A DNA stretch of 64,000 nt from an uncultured bacterium. GTDB taxonomy: Bacteria; Patescibacteriota; Patescibacteriia; UBA9570; XYC2-FULL-38-9. The notes beneath the pieces are model-generated. The model did not search any database and was not told the DNA's origin. It worked only from the letters and a program-made list of their open reading frames with translations. This document shows positions 9,329 to 17,251 of the stretch, piece by piece. The stretch is taken from contig CALKUP010000016.1 in NCBI GenBank assembly GCA_937996685.1, positions 85,879-149,878 of the forward strand. The letters are read 5' to 3'. Each line of letters opens with the position of its first letter. The first letter of the stretch is position 1. A program made the translations under genes and the position numbers.

Positions 9329-12300
9329 ATGGCAATAAAAAAGAAAAGAGCAGAAGCCTTAGATCCTGCCGCTGTCCGAGTTGATCCAGTAAACACTGCA
9401 GTAGATCCAAAAGTTACAGTTGCTGATCCAGTTGCTGGGGTGGTTTTGAAAAGTGCAGAAAGTCCAGAAGATCAAGCGGCAAAAGAAGCTGAGGCTAAAG
9501 CAGAGATTGAGCAATCGATTAAAGCAGCGCAAACATTTATCGAAGAGTATGAGAGAGATTTAGAGCCAAAAATTACTGAAGTAAATGCCCAAATTGAAGA
9601 AATGAGGCAGTTGATTTTAGCTGCAAAAACAGTAACTGAAATTGATACGATTAAGGATCGATTAATGACTGCATTGCAACCTTTTCGTGAATTAACAGAT
9701 AAGCTCAAGGGTTTGAATTTATCCCAGGAAAAACATCCTTCTATATACCCTGCTGTTTACGCTATTACTAATAAATTGAATGGACTGGGTGGCCCATCTA
9801 TTTTTGACCTTATGCGTCAAAAAGCTGAAGAAATTCAAGCCCCTGCGGTAGTCACTCCTGCTGCTGCTGCTGCTGCTGCTGATTCTGCGCCACCCGTTGT
9901 AACCCATCCTGCTGGAACGGTTCCATCTGTGAAATTCGGGCGTTTTGCGGCTACTCCACCTCTTCCGACATCGGCAGGATCTGCCGGTCCTGCTTCTACT
10001 CCTGAAGGGCCTAGAATCCTCCCTCCTCCAGAGATTGGAACCGAAGATCCTCGTCTTAGACCTCCTTTTGAATGGGGTGTACCTCGCAGTGATCGCAGTC
10101 TAGCGGATGTTGATGATTTTTCATGGCCCCCTGATTCTGAAATATATTCTACTACTCCTGAGGTTGACAGAGCGTTGATTGAGGCTCGAGCGAATGCAGT
10201 GCGAGAGTTGACTACGGCATTGATTGGGAAGGCTGCCGAACGCATTGTTGCTGAAAAAGGACGGTTTCAATGGCTAGAAGATATTGATCGTTGGCTTGGG
10301 GAAACCTGGCGCCCATCAGACGCATGGCGTGATAAAGATAAAAGCAATAAGTTGAGTCGAATATTTGGAAATCACTTCAATGCACGGACCGTCGCTCGTC
10401 TCGCGCTTGTTGGTGGTGTTGGTGTGTTTGGTGGTGTAGTTGCGGGTCCAGCTGCTGCCAGCTTGTTAAAAGCGGGTGTGTCTGGTGCGTTTTCTTTTGG
10501 TGTTGGATATTTCGGAAGAAAGAGAGCTTCTCATGACAAAGTGCGAGAAGGATTAGACAAAGAGATTGAAGAGCCTCAAGAATTTCCCGTTCCGATTGAT
10601 TCGGCTGAAATGTTTGCAAAAAAAATCTATAGCGCCATTTTAGGAGGAAAAACTCCAGAAGAGATCAGGGGTATTATTGAAGCTGATTCGGAAAATCTTG
10701 TAACAGAAAGTATTATTGACTCAGAGCAGATTGAAGCGAGAAAGCAAGCTGTTTTGCAAAAGGTTTCTGCTGAACTAGCAAGAGTAAATGACCAGTTACG
10801 GGGCATGGAAAAAACCGACAGACGGAAAGCGTTGGCAATGACAATTGCGTCAATGAGTCTTGGTAAGGCGGTTAAATGGTGGTTTATAGATGGAATCAAC
10901 CCGATTGAAGGAATTCAGCGTTCGTTGGCTGGCGGATCTGAATTAATGAACCGTTCGGCAAGTGCAGTTTCTGAATGGTGGAATACCCCAACTGCAGAAA
11001 GTGTCCCTGCCTCAGAGCCCTCTGTGGCTGTGAACTCTGCTGCGACAACGGCTCCAGCAGCGCCTCAAGCCGCAGCTCCTGCACCACAACAAGGAATTCC
11101 AGTAACTTCAGGTGCGAAAGAAGCACTTGCGGCGCAATCTCATGCACAAGATTTGAAAGACGGTCGTTTTACAACGCCGTATGAGAGAATGTCTCCCGCA
11201 GAAAAAGCGCAGTATGACGATATTCGTTCTGGACGCGTAGCTGGAACAGCGTCTCCTGATGCGCTTAAACCAACCGTGCCTCCGGCTCCAGAGCCGGCAG
11301 CAACAACCCAAGCAACCCCTGATGCAGCTCATGCTGGAGCTGCCGCGCAACCAACTACTGAGGCTCCAAAAGCTCCAGTTCCTGAAGCGCCAAAAGCTGA
11401 TGTTGCAGCCGCGGTAGCAGCGACACCGGATACATCAGCCGGTGGATTTACTCCGCCACAAGGTGATTTTGATAAATATGTGATTGGTCGCGTTGATATT
11501 AATGATGCAGGTGTAACAAAAGATCAGGTCAACAACGGCTTTTCGTATATCTTTAAACATCAATTAATGGATCATGCAGAGGAATACGGATTTGACGGCA
11601 AGGGAAGTAAGGAGGCATGGGCGATGCGTCGGTTGATGGAGATTATGAAAGAAGTGCAGATTGATGGCAAGAGTGTGTATCACGCGCAACAATTATGGGC
11701 AACTGACGAGGCTGTTGGAAAGGCGTATATTTTAGATATGGACGCTCAAGGTAAATTCTCAGTTGATGTCTATCAAAAAACAGGCGCAGGTTGGATTTCA
11801 TATGATGGTGACGGAGCTGATGTGAAAGAGATGCCTTTGGAAAATGCTAATGGTGGTCACGGAGCTGGACATGCCGGAGGCACTTCTGCACATCCGGAAG
11901 GCACAGGTACACATGCTGCAGCGCATGCTGAATCGACTGCTTCTCATGCATCAGCGTCAGGACTTGATGCTGATGGAAAATCAAGTGGTGGTTCGCAGTC
12001 TGGTGATCTTGCTGCCGGCGCAAACAATAAAGTTCAGTGGTATGACAAAGCTGGATTTAAGTCAGAAGCAGGGTATAAAGATAGTATTTTTGGTCAAATA
12101 CATCAAAAAGCTGGCACTCAAGAGACATGGAGTTTTGGAGCTTCTGATCCATCGTCGGATATTGCCTCACAATTAAGGGTAAATCATTTATTGCCTCTTG
12201 ATAAAACAGGCTCCGCTGGAGTGCAGTTTTCAGATAGCTTCCGATCAATTAAAGATTTTACAGGTTCGGTGAAAAATTCAGTGAAAGAGCAATTGTTTAA

Positions 12301-12547
12301 TCAGGGTCATCCGCCGTTTGTTGGAAAGTTTGGACGCCTTGCTGATGAATACGCACAACTTCGACAAGCTGAGTATGTGCTTGATAATGCTCGTACATTA
12401 AATCGTGTGATTGTTAGTCCTGCTGATATTGCGGCGATGAAAAAAGCTATTGCAAAAGAGCTTGCAGAGCGAGTCAAAAAACTCGTTGAGTTTGAAGGTG
12501 TGTTAAAAGAAGATATTCGCCCAGCTCGAATTTTTGGAAAAAACTAG
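9329..12547 (+). CDS. 1072-aa hypothetical protein: coiled coils, Pro/Ala-rich linkers, Gly-rich hydrophobic hairpin, His-rich patch
   Basis: long ORF; hydrophobic LALVGGVGVFGGVVAGPAAASLLKAGVSGAFSFGVGYFG; no recognisable catalytic motif. Confidence 0.85.
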   Translation: MAIKKKRAEALDPAAVRVDPVNTAVDPKVTVADPVAGVVLKSAESPEDQAAKEAEAKAEIEQSIKAAQTFIEEYERDLEPKITEVNAQIEEMRQLILAAKTVTEIDTIKDRLMTALQPFRELTDKLKGLNLSQEKHPSIYPAVYAITNKLNGLGGPSIFDLMRQKAEEIQAPAVVTPAAAAAAADSAPPVVTHPAGTVPSVKFGRFAATPPLPTSAGSAGPASTPEGPRILPPPEIGTEDPRLRPPFEWGVPRSDRSLADVDDFSWPPDSEIYSTTPEVDRALIEARANAVRELTTALIGKAAERIVAEKGRFQWLEDIDRWLGETWRPSDAWRDKDKSNKLSRIFGNHFNARTVARLALVGGVGVFGGVVAGPAAASLLKAGVSGAFSFGVGYFGRKRASHDKVREGLDKEIEEPQEFPVPIDSAEMFAKKIYSAILGGKTPEEIRGIIEADSENLVTESIIDSEQIEARKQAVLQKVSAELARVNDQLRGMEKTDRRKALAMTIASMSLGKAVKWWFIDGINPIEGIQRSLAGGSELMNRSASAVSEWWNTPTAESVPASEPSVAVNSAATTAPAAPQAAAPAPQQGIPVTSGAKEALAAQSHAQDLKDGRFTTPYERMSPAEKAQYDDIRSGRVAGTASPDALKPTVPPAPEPAATTQATPDAAHAGAAAQPTTEAPKAPVPEAPKADVAAAVAATPDTSAGGFTPPQGDFDKYVIGRVDINDAGVTKDQVNNGFSYIFKHQLMDHAEEYGFDGKGSKEAWAMRRLMEIMKEVQIDGKSVYHAQQLWATDEAVGKAYILDMDAQGKFSVDVYQKTGAGWISYDGDGADVKEMPLENANGGHGAGHAGGTSAHPEGTGTHAAAHAESTASHASASGLDADGKSSGGSQSGDLAAGANNKVQWYDKAGFKSEAGYKDSIFGQIHQKAGTQETWSFGASDPSSDIASQLRVNHLLPLDKTGSAGVQFSDSFRSIKDFTGSVKNSVKEQLFNQGHPPFVGKFGRLADEYAQLRQAEYVLDNARTLNRVIVSPADIAAMKKAIAKELAERVKKLVEFEGVLKEDIRPARIFGKN
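9362..9445 (+). repeat. degenerate 21-bp (7-aa) tandem repeat, DPxxxxx x4
   Basis: GATCC at 9362, 9383, 9404, 9425 encoding DPAAVRV/DPVNTAV/DPKVTVA/DPVAGVV. Confidence 0.6.
9858..9881 (+). repeat. (CTG)8 microsatellite encoding poly-Ala7
   Basis: perfect trinucleotide run, in frame. Confidence 0.85.
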
Positions 12548-12584
12548 CCTTCCACAATAACCGAAAATATGAAATACTGTCTGC

Positions 12585-15500
12585 ATGAGTCATATCACAG
12601 ACAGTATTTTTGTTGGATTAAATGAGGCGCAAACCACTGCTGTTGCAGCAGGTCCTGAGCCATTATTGATTATCGCTGGCGCTGGAACAGGGAAAACGAC
12701 CGTGATTACACGGCGGATTGCGAACCTTATTTTAGAAGAAATCGTGAAGCCGGATGAAGTGCTGGCGTTAACATTCACTGATAAAGCAGCCGGCGAAATG
12801 CAAGAGCGGATTGAGCAATTGTTACCGATTGGATATGTTGATTTGTGGGTGTCAACGTTCCATGCATTTTGTGAACGGATTTTGCGCAACCATGCCATCG
12901 ATGTCGGGTTGCTGCATGATTTTCGGTTGTTGTCACAGAATGAACAAATTGTATTGCTTCGTAGTCACATTGATGAGTTGGAATTGGAGTATTATCGCCC
13001 AAAAGGAAATCCGACAAAATTTGTGTCAGCGCTTATCTCTCATTTTAGTCGTTTGAAAGATGAGGACATTACTCCTGAGCAATATCTTGCCTACGCGCAG
13101 CAGGTGCAACTCACTTCTGATGCAGCTGAAGGTATTGCGCCAAAAAGCCAATTGTCATTCGCAATGCCAAAAACGCCAGAAGAGCGAGCCGAGCTCGCGC
13201 AAGAAGCGGCAAGGGTGGGTGAGGTTGCTCGAGCATATCAGCTCTATCAGCAATTATTGCGTGATGCCGGCGCGCTTGATTTTGGCGATTTAATTGTTGA
13301 GGTGATTCATTTATTTAAAGAGCGTCCGCACATTTTGAAAAAATATCAGGAGCAATTTCGGTATGTCGTGGTCGATGAATTTCAAGATACCAATATTGCG
13401 CAATATGATTTAGTGAAATTATTAGCAGCTCCGCAAAATTCAATCACCGTTGTGGCTGATGACGATCAATCAATTTATAGTTTTCGTGGAGCGGCGATGA
13501 GTAATATTTTGTTATTCAAAAAAGAATTTTCAGAAGCGGTTGAAGTGTCGTTAACAGAAAATTATCGCAGCACGCAGCCAATTTTGGATTTGGCATATAA
13601 CTTTATTCAACACAATAATCCAAATCGTTTGGAAACAACGCTATCGATCAATAAAAAATTAATTGGTCATAATGAAAGCGAGACAGCAATTGAGCATTTG
13701 CATAGCGAATCACTTGAAGGCGAGGCGCATTTGGTGATGCAAAAAATTCTGGAGATTAAAAAGGCTGAACCAGATTTGCCGTGGAGTGAGATTGCGATTT
13801 TAGTGCGTGCGAATGATCACGCAGATACGATCATTCCGTACCTTGATCGCGCAGAGATCCCGTATCAATTTTTAGCCTTTCAAGGGCTGTTTGTGAAACC
13901 ACTGGTGTTGGATATTATTGCAAGCTTGAAACTGATTGAAAATTATCACGATTCCCGTGCGTTTTATCGGTTTTTGAATATGCCGGTGTGGAATGTGTCG
14001 CATCAAGATATTATGCTGCTGCTTGAACACACTCGCAAAAAAACGGTGTCGTTGTATCAAGCCGCGCGTGATGTCGCGGCAGTCGATGGCGTGTCTGAAG
14101 GGGTGGTTAAGGCTCTTGAAGCAGCTTTGCAATTACTTGATGGTTTAGTCCTTGATGCCAAAACGCAAACTGCCGGGCAAGTGCTATTGCAGTTCCTTGA
14201 ACGTTCCGGATATTTAAAACACATCACGGCACATGATCAACAAGAAGCAGAAGAGCAGACGCTCTATTTGAAGCAATTCTATGATTATGTTGTCCAATTT
14301 GAAAAAGGGGCATTTGATAAATCAATTCACAACTTTTTATTTGAGTTGCAGATGATTATTGATTCCGGTGATTTTGGTCGATTGCAAGGCGGGAGTGAGG
14401 CGAGTCCAGATGCGGTGAAGATTATGACCGTGCATGCTAGTAAGGGATTGGAATTTGAGCATGTGTTTATTATGAATTTGGTTGATAAGCGCTTTCCGTC
14501 GATCCGCAAAAGTGATCCTATTCAAGTTCCGGAGGCGTTAATTCGTGATGTAATCCCGTCTGGTGATCATCATTTAGAAGAAGAGCGACGCTTGTTTTAT
14601 GTTGCATTGACTCGCGCTCGTCGAGGATTGTATTTAACGAGTGGTGAGAATTACGGCGGTGCACGCAAGAAAAAACCGTCACGTTTTTTGATTGAATCCG
14701 GATTTGCAGAAACAGTGCCGCGTCCAACCGGTGATGTGCTTTTTGGTGTGGAAGCTGTGACAGGTCACGACATGAAGCCGTCTGAATTGCAGCGTTTGTT
14801 GCCGCATACTTTTAGTTTCAGTCAGTTGCAGGCGTATGATAACTGCCCGTGGCAATATCGATTCGCATTTTTACTCGGTGTGCCAATTCCAGGAAAACCA
14901 AGCGCGTCGTTTGGTCGGTCCGTGCATGCGGCGTTATATGAATTTTTTCGTCGAGGGCGAGAGCGAACTGAAAACCCACAAGGAGAGTTGTTTGATGTAG
15001 CGGCGGGTGAAGGCAAGGCTGCTGCAACGTTCCCATCAAAAGCAGAGCTGTTACAACTCTATGATGAATATTGGATTGACGAGTGGTATGAGTCCATGCG
15101 ACAAAAAGAGGAGTATTACACAAAAGGGAAGCAAGCGCTCGAAGCATTTTATGATTTGCATGCAGGGAACTGGCCGCAAATTGAAGAATTAGAACAGCGC
15201 TTCACAATGGTGATGCCAGAGGTGGATGTCAAAATGAAGGGGGCAATTGACCGGGTTGATGTGGTTGGTGTGAGCGCAGATGATCCAGAAAAACGAGCGG
15301 TGAAAGTGCTCGATTACAAAACCGGCAAAGTGGATATGAAAAAAGATCCAAAGCAGCTCTATTTATATGCAATGGCACTGCAAGAAGTGTTTGGCGTTGA
15401 AGTTCGAGAGTTGTCATATTATTTCATCGAAGAAAATGTTGAGCTTGTGTTGCCGCTTGATCAAAAGAAAATGGATAGTACGCGTGAATGGGTATTATCG

Positions 15501-15596
15501 ATGATTGCAAAAATTCAAGACGGGAATTTCGCTCCAACTCCAGGCTTTCAATGTAAGTTTTGTGATTTCAAGGATATTTGTGAATATCGTGCATAG
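12585..15596 (+). CDS. UvrD/PcrA-type SF1 helicase fused to a C-terminal PD-(D/E)XK nuclease with 4-Cys Fe-S cluster (AddA/AddB-like single chain)
   Basis: AGAGTGKT, VDEFQD, ENYRS, MTVHASKGLEF, EERRLFYVALTRAR; then SFSQL..Y..CP, GAIDRVD, LDYKTG, QLYLY, CKFCDFKDIC. Confidence 0.93.
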   Translation: MSHITDSIFVGLNEAQTTAVAAGPEPLLIIAGAGTGKTTVITRRIANLILEEIVKPDEVLALTFTDKAAGEMQERIEQLLPIGYVDLWVSTFHAFCERILRNHAIDVGLLHDFRLLSQNEQIVLLRSHIDELELEYYRPKGNPTKFVSALISHFSRLKDEDITPEQYLAYAQQVQLTSDAAEGIAPKSQLSFAMPKTPEERAELAQEAARVGEVARAYQLYQQLLRDAGALDFGDLIVEVIHLFKERPHILKKYQEQFRYVVVDEFQDTNIAQYDLVKLLAAPQNSITVVADDDQSIYSFRGAAMSNILLFKKEFSEAVEVSLTENYRSTQPILDLAYNFIQHNNPNRLETTLSINKKLIGHNESETAIEHLHSESLEGEAHLVMQKILEIKKAEPDLPWSEIAILVRANDHADTIIPYLDRAEIPYQFLAFQGLFVKPLVLDIIASLKLIENYHDSRAFYRFLNMPVWNVSHQDIMLLLEHTRKKTVSLYQAARDVAAVDGVSEGVVKALEAALQLLDGLVLDAKTQTAGQVLLQFLERSGYLKHITAHDQQEAEEQTLYLKQFYDYVVQFEKGAFDKSIHNFLFELQMIIDSGDFGRLQGGSEASPDAVKIMTVHASKGLEFEHVFIMNLVDKRFPSIRKSDPIQVPEALIRDVIPSGDHHLEEERRLFYVALTRARRGLYLTSGENYGGARKKKPSRFLIESGFAETVPRPTGDVLFGVEAVTGHDMKPSELQRLLPHTFSFSQLQAYDNCPWQYRFAFLLGVPIPGKPSASFGRSVHAALYEFFRRGRERTENPQGELFDVAAGEGKAAATFPSKAELLQLYDEYWIDEWYESMRQKEEYYTKGKQALEAFYDLHAGNWPQIEELEQRFTMVMPEVDVKMKGAIDRVDVVGVSADDPEKRAVKVLDYKTGKVDMKKDPKQLYLYAMALQEVFGVEVRELSYYFIEENVELVLPLDQKKMDSTREWVLSMIAKIQDGNFAPTPGFQCKFCDFKDICEYRA

Positions 15597-15604
15597 GATA
15601 CTCT

Positions 15605-15701
15605 AAAAGAGCCTTGGTGATCACTTGCTTGAATCGCGAGACGCTTCGCGCCTCCGAGCTAAAGCCCAAGCGATTCCGCAAATATCACCCGCAGCTCTTT
15701 T
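15605..15701. repeat. long interrupted inverted repeat with two inner hairpins (REP/MITE-like or structured RNA; possibly also a terminator)
   Basis: AAAAGAGC/GCTCTTTT, GGTGAT/ATCACC, TTGC/GCAA and GAATCGC/GCGATTC nested; inner GAGACGC-TTC-GCGCCTC and GCT-AA-AGC. Confidence 0.6.
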
Positions 15702-15724
15702 TAACATCACCAAGGCTATTTTTA

Positions 15725-15733
15725 TGCTATACT
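15725..15733 (+). promoter_or_regulatory. extended -10 promoter 6 nt before ATG (leaderless)
   Basis: TGCTATACT-N6-ATG(15740). Confidence 0.6.
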
Positions 15734-15739
15734 ATTTCC

Positions 15740-16174
15740 ATGACAGTTCGACGATACATTGGCACAATGATTGCCACGACATTGATTTTTGTTGCAGCGA
15801 TGGTGGTGTTGTTATTTCGAGTTGATCCGACTGCTGCGCCAATTTCCGGTTTATTATTGTTTTATTTGGCGTTGTTTTTTGCAATTTGGGGCTTTGTATC
15901 GCTGTGTGGAATTATGAGTCGTTTTCTGCTCTTTCGTTCGACCCCAGTCTTTGAATTTATTGGCATTTCTTTGCGGCAGGCCATTTGGGTTGCGCTTTTT
16001 GTTGATTTAACGCTATTCTTACTCAGTCAAAATCTGTTTGAGCTCTGGATGGCGATCCCGCTGGCACTCGTTTTTGCGAGTATTGAAGGGTATTTTTTAG
16101 CAAAAACCTATGAAACCGCTCGTCAGCGCAAAATCGCGAAACGACGCCCGCGCAGCCAAATGGCACTTGATTAA
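15740..16174 (+). CDS. conserved 4-TM hypothetical membrane protein
   Basis: four hydrophobic helices, VDP, LFY.ALF, SLRQA motifs; start moved to ATG 15740 because the upstream part overlaps the hairpin and promoter. Confidence 0.8.
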   Translation: MTVRRYIGTMIATTLIFVAAMVVLLFRVDPTAAPISGLLLFYLALFFAIWGFVSLCGIMSRFLLFRSTPVFEFIGISLRQAIWVALFVDLTLFLLSQNLFELWMAIPLALVFASIEGYFLAKTYETARQRKIAKRRPRSQMALD

Positions 16175-16201
16175 TGTATTTTCTCCCTATCCCGTATTTC
16201 T

Positions 16202-17248
16202 ATGAAAGATATCGTTCAAAAAATTGAAGCTGAAGCTCTCGCGGCAATTACTGCTGCAACCTCACTGATTGATCTTCAAGATATTCGCGTGCGAGTGCTT
16301 GGTCGAAAAGATAGCGCGCTTGGTAATTTATTAAAACAATTGAAAGATTTGAGCGCTGATGTAAAGCGAGAGGTTGGTCCGTTGTTGAATAGTACACGTG
16401 ATGGTATTGAAGCGGCGCTGCAAACAAAAACAACAGCACTGGAAGAGGCGACAGAAGCGGAAGGTCTTGATTTAACATTGCCTGGCATCACACCAAGTCG
16501 TGGCGCCCTGCATCCGATGACGCAAGTGATGAATGAAATGGTGGATATTTTCCGTGAGTTTGGATTTATGGTACACGAAGGTCCGGAGCTCGATAGTGAG
16601 TATTATAATTTTGAAACATTGAATATCCCAAAGACACATCCCGCACGTGATATTCAAGATACGTTTTTTGTGAACACACCAATTACGCGCCCAGAAAAAC
16701 ACGACCTAACAGATGGAAAATGGGTGATGCGAACGCACACATCAAACATGCAAGTGCGTATTTTGGAAGAGCACGAACCACCACTGCGCTGCATTGTTCC
16801 AGGACGCGTGTTTCGGAATGAAGCAACCGACGCAACCCATGATCACACATTCTATCAATTAGAAGGTTTTGTGGTTGATAAAAACATGAACGTCGGGCAA
16901 TTGCTCTGGATGTTACAAGAAGTGTTGCGTGCTTTTTACAAAAAAGATGTGACGGTTCGTCTCCGTCCTGGGTATTTCCCGTTTGTGGAGCCTGGATACG
17001 AAGCTGATATGTCGTGTGTTTTTTGTGATCAAAAAGGGTGTCGCATTTGCAAACACACTGGCTGGATTGAAATGGTCGGCAGCGGCATGATTCATCCTGA
17101 GGTGTTTAAAGCGGCGGGCTACAAAGAAGGGGAATACACCGGATTTGCATTCGGCCTCGGAATGTCTCGCATCGCTATGTTGAAGTATGGCATGAACGAT
17201 ATTCGCTTGATGCACGAAAACAGTTTTGAATTTTTGAATCAGTTTTAA
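16202..17248 (+). CDS. pheS: phenylalanine--tRNA ligase alpha subunit
   Basis: HPARDIQDTF, RTHTS, GRVFRNE.TDATH, FYQLEG, YFPFVEP, GFAFGLG. Confidence 0.97.
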   Translation: MKDIVQKIEAEALAAITAATSLIDLQDIRVRVLGRKDSALGNLLKQLKDLSADVKREVGPLLNSTRDGIEAALQTKTTALEEATEAEGLDLTLPGITPSRGALHPMTQVMNEMVDIFREFGFMVHEGPELDSEYYNFETLNIPKTHPARDIQDTFFVNTPITRPEKHDLTDGKWVMRTHTSNMQVRILEEHEPPLRCIVPGRVFRNEATDATHDHTFYQLEGFVVDKNMNVGQLLWMLQEVLRAFYKKDVTVRLRPGYFPFVEPGYEADMSCVFCDQKGCRICKHTGWIEMVGSGMIHPEVFKAAGYKEGEYTGFAFGLGMSRIAMLKYGMNDIRLMHENSFEFLNQF

Positions 17249-17251
17249 TCT

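Noticed and set aside
14810-15596. Cas4-like nuclease suggesting a CRISPR locus
   Set aside because: It is the fused C-terminal domain of a repair helicase; no cas1/cas2 or repeat-spacer array in the window
15614-15739. N-terminal extension of the 4-TM protein in the ORF track
   Set aside because: Runs through the hairpin element and the -10 box; ATG 15740 fits better
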